Virus record (IMG/VR): IMGVR_UViG_3300050821_001858
Coordinates: 49,067 to 113,066 of that record
Direction: 5' to 3' (one strand)
Source: a virus
Length of the DNA: 64,000 nucleotides
The notes beneath the pieces were generated by a model, which saw nothing but the letters and a program-made list of their open reading frames with translations, did not search any database and was not told the origin of the DNA. Each line of letters starts with the position of its first letter. The stretch's first letter is position 1. Positions 43,387 through 52,985 of this stretch are shown here, piece after piece. The position numbers and the translations under genes are program-made.

Positions 43387-44511
43387 ATGAGCAATAAGAA
43401 ATTGATTTCCCTCACCGACGAACACAAGGCACAAATCCACCCTTGGCATGAACGGTGGGTAAAGATCGCGATGCGAACCAAGCCTCAGACTGAGGATGAG
43501 CGGGAGATCATGCGTGGGGCAGTAAAGGGTTTGTATAAGGCTGCAAACTTGGAAATGCCTCGGTATATCATTTTTGGTGATTCTCCGGTTTCGTGCCAGA
43601 TTACCGCTGGTGGTTCATACTATGCGATGAACACCAAAACCTCCCTCAATCTCAATATCCAAACTGATAATCCGATTATCAAGTCGGCGATCAAAACTCT
43701 GGAACAAATCATTGGACCGGAGAAGTTGGTCAAGAATGAAAAGAAGCCTGTCAAGGTTGATGATACCAAGTTGAATTGGGGTCGTCAGATGGTCATCGCT
43801 ATGCTGCCGCATGGCAAGACCAAGGACGTTGATGGTCTGTGCGATGAAATCAAGGTCGCACTCAATGCTTACTCCGGTGGTAACATGTGGAGCGCAGGCG
43901 TTGACTTCATTTCCTTCTTCAGACACGTCGTTGGATTGGATATTGACTATACGGAATGGGATCATTACGAAAAGGCATCAATGTATGGCGGTTTCCGTTA
44001 TATGTATGCTGACTTCTGTGTTATCTCAGACTTCCCGAAGCATATCTCCCTGGACAACGGTAACGTTGCTCATAACGATGAAGGTCCCTCGCATGCTTGG
44101 CGAGATGGCTTTGAAATCTTTAACTGGCACGGAATTTTGATTGCTCCCGAATACCAGTGGGTTATCAAGGAGCCTCAAAAGCTTACTCCGGTTATTATTG
44201 CCAACGAGCGCAACGCCGAAATGCGTCGTATCATGCTCGAAAAGTTCGGCTTTGAGAAGTATCTTGAAGCTGGTAAGGCAGAAACCATGGCGAAGGATAT
44301 GGACGGCAATGGCTTTGAGCGATTGCTTTTGTCCCTCACTGTTGGGGCAGATCGTATCCGGGTGCTTCAGGTGCTCAACGGTTCCCTTGAAGCCGATGGT
44401 TCCCGTCGAAAGTTCCATATCGGAGCAATGCCGGGCACTAACCCCCACGAGTGTGTGGCGGCATCTTACGGTATTAGCCCTTCGAAGTACAAGGAAGAGG
44501 TTCGTACTTAA
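43387..44511 (+). CDS. DUF6745-like protein
   Basis: H...GP...W.DG.....WHG, NAE.RR.M.E..G...Y. Confidence 0.75.
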   Translation: MSNKKLISLTDEHKAQIHPWHERWVKIAMRTKPQTEDEREIMRGAVKGLYKAANLEMPRYIIFGDSPVSCQITAGGSYYAMNTKTSLNLNIQTDNPIIKSAIKTLEQIIGPEKLVKNEKKPVKVDDTKLNWGRQMVIAMLPHGKTKDVDGLCDEIKVALNAYSGGNMWSAGVDFISFFRHVVGLDIDYTEWDHYEKASMYGGFRYMYADFCVISDFPKHISLDNGNVAHNDEGPSHAWRDGFEIFNWHGILIAPEYQWVIKEPQKLTPVIIANERNAEMRRIMLEKFGFEKYLEAGKAETMAKDMDGNGFERLLLSLTVGADRIRVLQVLNGSLEADGSRRKFHIGAMPGTNPHECVAASYGISPSKYKEEVRT

Positions 44512-44535
44512 TAAAAGCCTCGGGCTTACGAATTA

Positions 44536-44562
44536 AAAAGGGGGGCTTAATTGCCCCCCTTT
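44536..44562 (+). terminator. Intrinsic terminator (bidirectional)
   Basis: aaaggggggc-ttaatt-gcccccttt. Confidence 0.7.
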
Positions 44563-44578
44563 GGTTAGGAGCAGGGAT

Positions 44579-44767
44579 ATGAACGCTATTATAACCAAAA
44601 TGAACAATCTTTATCATCGTGCCTACCATATGGTATTTCTTAGAACTAACATTGAAGAAAGAAAATATGTAACAGGCGAATTTATGCCCTTACGTGCTCC
44701 TTATGTAACTTTGTGTAATATGTGTCAAATTGAGGCTGACCGTTGTATAGCAAAGGCATTCAAATGA
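44579..44767 (+). CDS. Micro-ORF family hypothetical protein
   Basis: G...PLR, E.DR, AF shared with the next ORF. Confidence 0.5.
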   Translation: MNAIITKMNNLYHRAYHMVFLRTNIEERKYVTGEFMPLRAPYVTLCNMCQIEADRCIAKAFK

Positions 44768-44949
44768 AGCTAATGAATAGATATTATGATTTAGATGAAA
44801 CGCTACGTCATAAAACTCTTACGGCACAATGTGAATTAAAGGATGTATCGGTTCAATCAGGTATAGTTCCATTACGGAGATGGGGAATTGTCTTAAAACA
44901 GGATATGCTTTTGGCAATTATAAAGGAAAGTGACCGGGCATTCATATGA
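44764..44949 (+). CDS. Micro-ORF family hypothetical protein
   Basis: ATGA-coupled at both ends. Confidence 0.5.
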   Translation: MKLMNRYYDLDETLRHKTLTAQCELKDVSVQSGIVPLRRWGIVLKQDMLLAIIKESDRAFI

Positions 44950-45173
44950 TTGATATCAAAATAAAGTCTGAAACTTTTACCACCGACGTTGAAAAAATTG
45001 TCGCAGGCGGTAGTAAATATTTGGATGCTATTTTACGTTGGGCTGATGAAAAGGGGGTGGAAATGGAGTATATCTCATCCCTTATTGATGAGAATCCAGC
45101 TATTAGGCTTAAGCTTCAGAGGGAAGCTGAAGACCTACACTTCCTAAAGAAGGCTCGAAGGGTCCGAATCTAA
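44946..45173 (+). CDS. gp33: Late transcription coactivator gp33
   Basis: F..DVEKIV....YLDAI.....G.E.E.I..LI...KL..EAE.LHFL; gp33-gp59-gp32 synteny. Confidence 0.85.
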   Translation: MIDIKIKSETFTTDVEKIVAGGSKYLDAILRWADEKGVEMEYISSLIDENPAIRLKLQREAEDLHFLKKARRVRI

Positions 45174-45207
45174 ATATCCTCAGGTAAATCCAAACTTGAG
45201 GTAACCA

Positions 45208-45666
45208 GTGAGGATTGTATTTGAGGGAAAGCCAAAGAAAATCAGTTTAAAGAAATGTCGGCAAGCCCTGCACTTCTTTGCTTCGATATTATTTCCTCGT
45301 CGGATCAATACTCGGCTACCTCTGGTTGTAAAGTTTATACCCGGCTACCTTAAGAAAGAAGATTGTAAAGGAGCTACCGATTGGGTGGAAGCAGATGCCC
45401 CCTTGTTTTCTTTCGAATTAGATGATAATCTATCGTCTCGGGAAACCCTGAAGGTTATCGCTCACGAGTTAGTTCATGTTAAACAGATGCGCCTAGGGGA
45501 ATTGGTCGAGACTAATCATGCATCGAAGTTCCTTTATAAGAACAAATCGTTTGATATCGCCAAGATTGATTATTGGGACTTGCCTCATGAGATAGAGGCA
45601 TATGGTAGAGAAGTAGGTTTATATACTCGTTATCATGATATCGTTGTGAAAAAGAGAAAGAAATGA
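45208..45666 (+). CDS. HEXXH metallopeptidase-like protein
   Basis: AHELVHVKQ, YWDLPHEIEAY. Confidence 0.8.
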   Translation: MRIVFEGKPKKISLKKCRQALHFFASILFPRRINTRLPLVVKFIPGYLKKEDCKGATDWVEADAPLFSFELDDNLSSRETLKVIAHELVHVKQMRLGELVETNHASKFLYKNKSFDIAKIDYWDLPHEIEAYGREVGLYTRYHDIVVKKRKK

Positions 45667-45887
45667 ACCCTCTTAGATTTTATAGACGTGATACTGGTAG
45701 ATGGTACCAGATACAATTATACTTTCAAACTCATTTCATGACAGATGGGTGGCTATCCGATGTGGTTTATAATTATGCTGCCAGGGTGTTGACTAAAAGA
45801 CTTGTTGGACTTGACCCCCCTCGTCATTATACTATAGGTATGTTAAAACTAATGAGTGAGAGTATCTACAATGAAACATCCTCTTAA
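45663..45887 (+). CDS. Micro-ORF family hypothetical protein
   Basis: Similar to the next ORF (PL; W....VY; L..R). Confidence 0.5.
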   Translation: MNPLRFYRRDTGRWYQIQLYFQTHFMTDGWLSDVVYNYAARVLTKRLVGLDPPRHYTIGMLKLMSESIYNETSS

Positions 45888-46068
45888 CCTTAGAATTTTT
45901 ACTGAACGTCCTAGTATCGGTCTTGTATATAGAAGTGCTTATCTTTATCATGAATGGATGACGCAAAGTGTTTATTATGAAGTAAATAATATTCTCCGTA
46001 GAAGAGAATGGTTATTCGATATATATGACCAACTTAGAACGATAAACAGGCATCTTTATGCACGCTGA
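45871..46068 (+). CDS. Micro-ORF family hypothetical protein
   Basis: Overlaps the gp59 start. Confidence 0.5.
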   Translation: MKHPLNLRIFTERPSIGLVYRSAYLYHEWMTQSVYYEVNNILRRREWLFDIYDQLRTINRHLYAR

Positions 46069-46627
46069 TGAAGCGTTGAATCTTTACATTGCCCTGAAAC
46101 TTCATTTCTCATCAATGTCATATGACTATGATAGATTTGGGGGTGAGATTAAAAATCCAGTGTCGGTTGAATGTCGTCCCGACAAGCTGAATTTTATGAA
46201 GCTGGCGAAAAAGAAAGACGTGTTCGGGCGGCTGGTATCCAACCTGATCGTAAATCCGCGTGCACATATTTCCTCGATAATCGGCAAAGAAGGAGAGGAT
46301 ATCTATTTCGCTTGGAAGCGCCGGCATGAAAGTTTGAAGTATCATATCAAAGAAGAAATGGAGAAACTGAAGGAAATCTTCCCCGAAGGTTTTAAGGTTG
46401 TGCAGCATCAACACCCCGAAGCCTTTAAGATGTATATTCGAAAGGATGTGTCTATTGAAGCTTTAGCGATCCTGAACAATTTTACTAATATGTTTCGAGC
46501 ATGGGATAGAGATTTGAGAGATGATCCAGTGTGGGTAAACATGCGTATTCCACTTCTGAAATATGGGAAATGGTTACATTATGATCGACAGGAAATGAGT
46601 AAGATTGTGAAGGAAGCTTTGTTATGA
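46058..46627 (+). CDS. gp59: Helicase loader gp59
   Basis: Y.ALKLHF...YDY..FGG, R.D...F.KLA, KY..L. Confidence 0.88.
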   Translation: MHADEALNLYIALKLHFSSMSYDYDRFGGEIKNPVSVECRPDKLNFMKLAKKKDVFGRLVSNLIVNPRAHISSIIGKEGEDIYFAWKRRHESLKYHIKEEMEKLKEIFPEGFKVVQHQHPEAFKMYIRKDVSIEALAILNNFTNMFRAWDRDLRDDPVWVNMRIPLLKYGKWLHYDRQEMSKIVKEALL

Positions 46628-46818
46628 GGGGGATAGACAAGAGAGAGTATGAATTTATGCAGGGATGGATGGCTCGTACTCAACGATACTATCCATATAT
46701 GACCAGTTATGCTTTGTGGGAGGGACCACGGAACGGTGATCCTCTGATCGTTTTCCACCCCCACCCGCCGTTGCGCATCCAAACCTACATGGACCAGATT
46801 TTCGAAAAAAACCCTTGA
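46624..46818 (+). CDS. Micro-ORF family hypothetical protein
   Basis: Ends IFEKNP. Confidence 0.5.
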   Translation: MRGIDKREYEFMQGWMARTQRYYPYMTSYALWEGPRNGDPLIVFHPHPPLRIQTYMDQIFEKNP

Positions 46819-46852
46819 CAGGACAAGGGGTTAGCTGTATACTCCCTAAATA
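46815..46852 (+). promoter_or_regulatory. Sigma70 promoter plus late TAAATA box for gp32
   Basis: TTGACA-17-TATACT followed by CTAAATA. Confidence 0.7.
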
Positions 46853-46914
46853 GTGAGGGTTCGGACAAACCGATCCCACTGTATACAACGTAAAAAACGA
46901 AAAGGGAGAATACA

Positions 46915-47838
46915 ATGACTTTTGCTAATCTAAAGAAGAATGCTAAAACATCTATTGAGACGATCAATAAAAAAGTTCAAGAGATGAACAAGTTCCAGAG
47001 CGATGATCGCTTTTGGCAACTGACAACCGACAAGGCTGGTACAGGCGAAGCCACAATTCGCTTCCTTCCCACAAAAGACGCTGCGGCAAATGATGATGAC
47101 ATTCCATTCGTTCGTGTTTGGGACCATGGTTTTAAGGGTCCAGGCGGATGGTATATTGAAAAGTCGCTAACTACACTAGGTCCCGACACTCCTGATCCGG
47201 TGGCAGAATATAACAGCGCACTTTGGGCAACGGACGAAAAGGCTAAGAAAGATATCGTTTCTGGTACACCGAATAATCCCGGTACAAAGCGACGACTTCA
47301 TTACGTTTCCAACATTCTTGTTGTGAACGATCCTGAAAATCCTTCGAACAACGGTAAGGTTATGTTGTTCAAGTATGGAAAGAAGATTTTTGAGAAGTTG
47401 AATTCGGCAATGAACCCGAAGTTTGCTACTCAGAAGGCAATCAATCCATTTGATATGTGGAGCGGTGTTAATCTAATCCTTCGTGCTCATAAGGAAGATG
47501 GTCAGCGCGTTTATTCACAGTCAGAATTTGAAGCTGCATCACCGATTGCATCTACTGATAAGGAAATTGAAAAGATTTGGGGTAACACTTATTCCCTTAA
47601 GGAATTTGTTGACGCCAAGAATTTCAAGTCTTATGATGAACTTAAGGCACGTCTTGAACGTGTTTTGAAAAAGCCGGTAGCAGGTGCTACCTCTTCAGTT
47701 GAAGAACAGTCTCCGGTGAGACAGTCAACTGAGGGTCGCTCAAAGCCGGAACCGACCCAACAGGCAGAAACGCCACCTTGGGATGGTGAAGGTGACGAAG
47801 ATGATGAACTAGCTGAATTTCGTAAGCTAGCTCAGTAA
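46915..47838 (+). CDS. gp32: Single-stranded DNA-binding protein gp32
   Basis: DDRFW, IRFLP, HGFKGPGGWYIE, GKV.LFKYGKKIF, acidic tail. Confidence 0.95.
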   Translation: MTFANLKKNAKTSIETINKKVQEMNKFQSDDRFWQLTTDKAGTGEATIRFLPTKDAAANDDDIPFVRVWDHGFKGPGGWYIEKSLTTLGPDTPDPVAEYNSALWATDEKAKKDIVSGTPNNPGTKRRLHYVSNILVVNDPENPSNNGKVMLFKYGKKIFEKLNSAMNPKFATQKAINPFDMWSGVNLILRAHKEDGQRVYSQSEFEAASPIASTDKEIEKIWGNTYSLKEFVDAKNFKSYDELKARLERVLKKPVAGATSSVEEQSPVRQSTEGRSKPEPTQQAETPPWDGEGDEDDELAEFRKLAQ

Positions 47839-47857
47839 CTTAGTGCCCTCGTGGTAC

Positions 47858-47895
47858 GACCCTCCGACAAGCAGCGTCTTTCGGAGGGTTTTTTC
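47858..47895 (+). terminator. Intrinsic terminator
   Basis: accctccga...tcggagggt-tttt. Confidence 0.7.
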
Positions 47896-47956
47896 TTGTT
47901 GACAATCCCTCCGAGATCGCTTATATTGGCTCTACGTGGTAGATACAAAGGACAAG

Positions 47957-48976
47957 ATGATGAAAAAGGTGATTGTTATCATGGCTTTGCTGGCGTCTAC
48001 GTCAGCCTATGCTCATGGTCCCGGTGGTTTCGGCGGCTTCCATGGTGGAGGCGGCGGAGGTTTTGGAGGTTTTCATGGTGGAGGCTTTGGTGGTTTTCAT
48101 CTCGGTGGTGGTTTTGGAGGTTTCCATCCTGGCGGCGGTTTTCACCCTGGCGCGTGGAGTGGATGGAATCGCCCAGGTTGGGGAGGATGGCGCGGACCTG
48201 TAATCGGTGGTAGTTGGGGGCGTCCGTGGGGCGTTCCGTGGTCGGCTATTCCTTCCGCACCGGTTTATTCGTCCCCGCCTCCGGTTTATTATGATCCCCC
48301 GCCTCCCCCGCCTCCGGTTTATTATAATCCGCCGCCGCAGTACTATGCGCCGCCCCCGCCCCCTCCTTACTATAACGAGGGTCCGGGATTGTCTGATATT
48401 GGACCGGTGGTCGTTGATATTGTGAACGGGATTCTTGGTCCGATCCTGCAACAGTTTTTTGCACAGCCTCAATATGCGCCGCCTCCACCCCCTCCGGTGT
48501 ATGAGCCGCCCCCGCCCCCTGTTTATGCGCCCCCGCGTATAAATCCGTCTTATACGCGACCGCGTGTAGAAGCACCACCCCCGGCACGTCCCTCGGCGCC
48601 GCGCCCCCCTCGTGCACCTGCCCCGATTGAACCGTTGGTACAGAACGGTGTGATGAACGGGACAGTGACTTGTAAAACAAGTGATGGAGCAACCGTTGCA
48701 ATTGAACTTGCAATGACTGCTAAGACGCATCAACTTACCAAGTTTCACGTGACGTTTACACTTGCAAACGGGGACTTTAAAGATCGGACTGATCAGTACA
48801 ATAATATCAAGCTGCATAATGATAAGAACACGTTGTATTGGGAAGGTGATCGTGCTCATATGCATATGATCGGCACGTTTGCCCAGGATGGCACTTACAA
48901 CGAAGTTCTTATTGATGATGGTAAGCGTAAGATCATCACGAATAATGCCCGTTGTTCGGAACCAACAATGCAATGA
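47957..48976 (+). CDS. Secreted Gly-rich/Pro-rich protein with a C-terminal globular domain
   Basis: Signal peptide, GGFHG repeats, PPPVY repeats. Confidence 0.8.
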   Translation: MMKKVIVIMALLASTSAYAHGPGGFGGFHGGGGGGFGGFHGGGFGGFHLGGGFGGFHPGGGFHPGAWSGWNRPGWGGWRGPVIGGSWGRPWGVPWSAIPSAPVYSSPPPVYYDPPPPPPPVYYNPPPQYYAPPPPPPYYNEGPGLSDIGPVVVDIVNGILGPILQQFFAQPQYAPPPPPPVYEPPPPPVYAPPRINPSYTRPRVEAPPPARPSAPRPPRAPAPIEPLVQNGVMNGTVTCKTSDGATVAIELAMTAKTHQLTKFHVTFTLANGDFKDRTDQYNNIKLHNDKNTLYWEGDRAHMHMIGTFAQDGTYNEVLIDDGKRKIITNNARCSEPTMQ

Positions 48977-49176
48977 CACATGGAGATGTACATAAAGCGA
49001 TAATGAATGCCACTATTGACAAAATATGGCGTTTCCAAAATCAATTACCGGCTAATACAAAACTTAGTGAACTTCTTCGACGAGAAGTACAACGTACACC
49101 AACGTTTATGAATATTATTTTGCGAGATGCTAATATGGTTTCTAATATCGCAAGGGATATATTTAATGAAGACTGA
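48973..49176 (+). CDS. Micro-ORF family hypothetical protein
   Basis: Ends IFNED. Confidence 0.5.
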   Translation: MTHGDVHKAIMNATIDKIWRFQNQLPANTKLSELLRREVQRTPTFMNIILRDANMVSNIARDIFNED

Positions 49177-49585
49177 CCATGAAAAACCACATCAAGCAAT
49201 TCAAAATCATTTTAATACAAGTGAACGAGAATTGAAACGTTTAATACATTATTATTGTATGCCTAGTAAGTCAGATTTTTCTGAGTATGATGATACTCGA
49301 CTTACTGACCAGAGAAATTGGGTTCACAACGGTTTGTTTATTTCTAATTATTCTGCGTTTAAAGAAACTCGCTGGTGGATACTTTTTCCTTGGCAGGACA
49401 CGTTTGTGAATTTAGCTTTGGCTGTTCTCACCGGAGCTATTCTTTGTATTGTAATAGTGATTATGAGTGTAGGGGTGGTAGGGTTTGTGGGTTGGGTACT
49501 CAGTCTTCATGGATGGGTATTTGCTTTAGTAGTTATTCCTATTATTTTACTTTTTACCTTTATAGGTGGAATAGTATCACAATGA
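49166..49585 (+). CDS. Hypothetical membrane protein
   Basis: C-terminal TM segments. Confidence 0.5.
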   Translation: MKTDHEKPHQAIQNHFNTSERELKRLIHYYCMPSKSDFSEYDDTRLTDQRNWVHNGLFISNYSAFKETRWWILFPWQDTFVNLALAVLTGAILCIVIVIMSVGVVGFVGWVLSLHGWVFALVVIPIILLFTFIGGIVSQ

Positions 49586-49594
49586 AGGATATAA

Positions 49595-49942
49595 TTATTG
49601 GTGTATTTGTTCTGGTTGTGGTGGCGGGGATTCTGACGCATCGGAAGAAAGTTGCATGTACAACCTCTTTTCCATGGTGCGTCCATATGCATAAATCCCC
49701 AGAATTGCCCCGAATGCAAGGTGAAATAATCCCCCTCCCTGAAGGGTTAAAGGTACCCATTGAACAAGGGGAGTTATATGTTCGTAAGCATGGAATAGAG
49801 CATTTAAGATAGGGAATACAACAAAGTCAAAGGTACAGATAATAGCATAGAGCCAAGCCATTGTTGGTCGCCATGCATACATGTACCAATGTTCGTAATC
49901 TTCATCGCTTTGTATTTTGGGACCAATTCGGAAGAGGCTCAT
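49595..49942 (-). CDS. Holin-like membrane protein (3TM family)
   Basis: WRP.MAWLY..IC.FDF..FP...W.PLTLQGGGLFH.A.GAILG..AYGRT.EK. Confidence 0.75.
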   Translation of the reverse strand: MSLFRIGPKIQSDEDYEHWYMYAWRPTMAWLYAIICTFDFVVFPILNALFHAYEHITPLVQWVPLTLQGGGLFHLAFGAILGIYAYGRTMEKRLYMQLSSDASESPPPQPEQIHQ

Positions 49943-49964
49943 AAATATATTTATGGCTAGATAA

Positions 49965-50423
49965 ATGAGTTTAATTGATCTTACAGGAAGGACTTTTGGG
50001 AATTGGATTGTTTTACGTAAAGGTAAAACGAAAAATCATGCTCATTGGATATGTAAATGTTCGTGTGGTGATGAGTATGAAGTAAGGAGTGATCATTTAA
50101 GAACGGGGAAATCAACTCAATGCACAAATTGTGCAATTCCCAAACATGGTATGTATGGAACTAGAACATATAAATCATGGTCTTCTATGATTGGTCGGTG
50201 TTTTAATGAAAATCATATTCGATATGAAGATTGGGGTGGGAGGGGAATTACTGTTTGTGATGAATGGTTAGACTTCAAGAATTTTTTTAAAGATATGGGG
50301 GTTCGTCCTGAAGGAATGTCATTGGATCGTAAAGATAATGATTTAGGTTATTATAAAGACAATTGTAAATGGTCAACCCCCAAAGAACAAGCAAAAAATA
50401 GAAGAAACAGATATGGCTCTTAA
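49965..50423 (+). CDS. HNH homing endonuclease-like protein
   Basis: DLTG.TFG, C.C.CG, GGRGITVC..W, SLDR.DND.GY...NC.W. Confidence 0.87.
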   Translation: MSLIDLTGRTFGNWIVLRKGKTKNHAHWICKCSCGDEYEVRSDHLRTGKSTQCTNCAIPKHGMYGTRTYKSWSSMIGRCFNENHIRYEDWGGRGITVCDEWLDFKNFFKDMGVRPEGMSLDRKDNDLGYYKDNCKWSTPKEQAKNRRNRYGS

Positions 50424-51096
50424 ATTTACTGATTTACTAGATACCATCAAGGCAGTTGCCTCATCGAGATTAGGAGCCATTTCAAACCAAGGCATGAATT
50501 GGATGCTCGAAAAGGTCGGGGAGTTAAGGCGAGCAGCCCTAGAAGCAACCTCTGACACTCGTTACACGCCATCACCTGAGAAGATCATAGACGAATTATC
50601 GACGGCAGTAAAAGACGATGATCTACTTAAAGGGGTCAAACAGGATCATCCCCTTAAGAAGGCATCGATGTTTAAGATCGGGGACCTGATTTTATTTCAA
50701 TACGATGCCAAGTTGAAAGACAAGCTGCCCTATTGGGATCGTTTCCCGGTTGTGTTTCCGATCAACTTCTATAAGGATGGGTTCCTAGGGATTAACCTTC
50801 ACTACCTGCCCCCTTTGTATCGGGCGCAATTGATGGATGCTCTCTATAACATACGTAACAATCAGAATATGGATGAAACAACGGTATTGAATGTCTCATA
50901 TGAAATCCTTAAAGGTGCTTCTCAATTCAAATCCTTTAAGCCATGTGTCAAAAGATATCTGTATCATCATATTACTTCGCATTGGCTTATTATTGCTCCT
51001 GAAGCTTGGGAGCCTGTTTTGTTTTTACCGATAGCTAGATTTCAAAAAGCAAATCAGCAACGTGTTTGGGATGATTCTTTGAAGAGGATACAGTGA
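50413..51096 (+). CDS. gp2: DNA end protector gp2
   Basis: YDAKLKDKLPYWDRFP, GINLHYLPP, PCVKRYL. Confidence 0.9.
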   Translation: MALKFTDLLDTIKAVASSRLGAISNQGMNWMLEKVGELRRAALEATSDTRYTPSPEKIIDELSTAVKDDDLLKGVKQDHPLKKASMFKIGDLILFQYDAKLKDKLPYWDRFPVVFPINFYKDGFLGINLHYLPPLYRAQLMDALYNIRNNQNMDETTVLNVSYEILKGASQFKSFKPCVKRYLYHHITSHWLIIAPEAWEPVLFLPIARFQKANQQRVWDDSLKRIQ

Positions 51097-51443
51097 TGAT
51101 TGGTGGATATATGATTGGTCCTAGACGTGTTCGTTATAATCCTGACGAAGAAGAGAGATTTGATGAGTGTATACTTGAGTATTACAAAGTACGAACTGAT
51201 CATACGTATGTAAGTACTGATTCTTATATAACCGGGACGCTTTTAGAATTGTATGAAGATCAAGTTCCAAAAGTCCAAATACAAAACCTTAAATTATGGA
51301 ATCGTTGGCCAATATGGAACTCATTCCGAATTCTAAGTTATTGGATGCTTAAAAATAATATCGATCCGTTATTTGTAACGAATAAGAATACGTATTTTGA
51401 AAGACTTAAATCGTGGATTTTGACCCTAAATAAGGAACAATGA
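51093..51443 (+). CDS. Hypothetical protein
   Basis: Coupled ORF. Confidence 0.5.
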   Translation: MMIGGYMIGPRRVRYNPDEEERFDECILEYYKVRTDHTYVSTDSYITGTLLELYEDQVPKVQIQNLKLWNRWPIWNSFRILSYWMLKNNIDPLFVTNKNTYFERLKSWILTLNKEQ

Positions 51444-52105
51444 GTGGCATTACTGGTTCCGATAGTCTTGTAGGGTTTAACATTGAGACGTTTAGAGGGT
51501 ATCTCAATAACGTTCAAGGTGTTCTAAAGCCTTCGAAGTTTATGATATATCTTACTCCCCCAGCGGCAATTGATCAAGGACCATTAACATCCTTTGGTCG
51601 GCAAGGGGCACAAGGTGTTCAATTTGCTTGTTCGGCTGCAATGCTTCCAGGCATGGAAGCTATTACATTCGACGCTCGACGTTATGGTTATGGAGCTATC
51701 CAAAAGCTTCCGTGGGCACCGGGATTTGGTCCCTGTCCTATGCAGATTATTACGGATGCTGCCGGTTTGGAGTGGTCATTCTTTAGACTATGGCTTTCGA
51801 AACTTGTTTCGTTTGATATGTCGCGAGGGATCAATAATCCTAATCCAGCCGGATATTACCCTTACGAGGTAGGATACCTACCTGATTTTGCCGTGAATGT
51901 TTCAGTCATTCAGTTTAACGACACCGGTCAAGAAGTTTTGGAAGTGACTTTACGTAATGCCTACCCTATTGGTTTGGGAGAAGTGAAGCTTGATTGGGGT
52001 GAAAACAATGCCGGTCGGTTTAACGTATTCTTTCATTTCCAAGATTGGAAGCAAGAGGACTTGACTATACAACAGCAATTTGGATTGGACCCTGAACAGG
52101 ACTGA
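51440..52105 (+). CDS. Tail-tube-like protein (gp54/gp19 family)
   Basis: C..A.LPG, FF..W, L.NAYP...G.V.L.W, F.F.DW. Confidence 0.75.
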   Translation: MSGITGSDSLVGFNIETFRGYLNNVQGVLKPSKFMIYLTPPAAIDQGPLTSFGRQGAQGVQFACSAAMLPGMEAITFDARRYGYGAIQKLPWAPGFGPCPMQIITDAAGLEWSFFRLWLSKLVSFDMSRGINNPNPAGYYPYEVGYLPDFAVNVSVIQFNDTGQEVLEVTLRNAYPIGLGEVKLDWGENNAGRFNVFFHFQDWKQEDLTIQQQFGLDPEQD

Positions 52106-52129
52106 CGCACTATATTTGATAAATACTTT

Positions 52130-52759
52130 ATGGAAAAATATGGATTTGTGTACCTTTGGTACGATAGGAAACATAAGAGATACTACGTTGGATCACATTG
52201 GGGGTCTGAAGATGATGGATACATTTGTTCATCAAATTGGATGCGTGATGCATATCGAAGACGCCGGGAGGATTTTAAACGACGAATTCTTTCTCGTGTT
52301 AATACAACACGACAAGAACTTTTAGATGAAGAACATAAATGGTTAAACCTTATAAAAATTGAGGAATTAGGAAAACGATATTATAATCTTCGTACATGGC
52401 ATCAAGGACATTGGACAACAATTGAAAATACATTATCAATAAGGGAAAAAATTTCAAAAGCTAACAAAGGACGAAAGTTACTTCCGCGTTCAGATGAGTA
52501 TAAGAAGAAAATTTCAAAAGCTAACAAAGGACGAAAACAAACTCCTGAAGCAATTGAAATTAATCGTCAAGCACAACTTAAATCGTATGAGAATGGACGC
52601 GTTGCTTTTATGAAAGGAAAAACATACGAAGAATTAGGTTATATTCATCCAATGCTTGGAAGAAAACATACCGAAGAAAGTAAACAGAAAATTAAAGAAG
52701 CCCGTGCTAAACAACCCCCTCCCCGATTAGGAAAAAAGAAAAATTATGCGTTATTTTGA
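52130..52759 (+). CDS. GIY-YIG homing endonuclease with NUMOD3-like repeats
   Basis: GFVY.W...YYVGSH.G..DDGY..SS; duplicated KISKANKGRK; HTEESKQKI. Confidence 0.87.
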   Translation: MEKYGFVYLWYDRKHKRYYVGSHWGSEDDGYICSSNWMRDAYRRRREDFKRRILSRVNTTRQELLDEEHKWLNLIKIEELGKRYYNLRTWHQGHWTTIENTLSIREKISKANKGRKLLPRSDEYKKKISKANKGRKQTPEAIEINRQAQLKSYENGRVAFMKGKTYEELGYIHPMLGRKHTEESKQKIKEARAKQPPPRLGKKKNYALF

Positions 52760-52985
52760 GATATATAATCAAAAAATAGAGAACATCAAGAAATCTTTGT
52801 ATAGGGAGACTTGGCGGTTAACCGCTACCAATCCCTTTTTTGTTTTCCACAACCCCCAAAATCTTCCAAATTTAGATTCATATTTAAGGAGATATCATGA
52901 CACTACCTACAATCGCAGTTTCGACATTCGAAGTGACGTTGCCTTCAAACCAAAAGAAACTCAAGCTTCGTTCCATGCTTACTAA
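52746..52985 (+). CDS. Micro-ORF family hypothetical protein
   Basis: Bridges the homing endonuclease and gp26. Confidence 0.4.
   Translation: MRYFEIYNQKIENIKKSLYRETWRLTATNPFFVFHNPQNLPNLDSYLRRYHDTTYNRSFDIRSDVAFKPKETQASFHAY

Noticed and set aside
48002-48979. 325-aa minus-strand ORF
   Set aside because: It is the antisense shadow of the GC-rich Gly/Pro gene.
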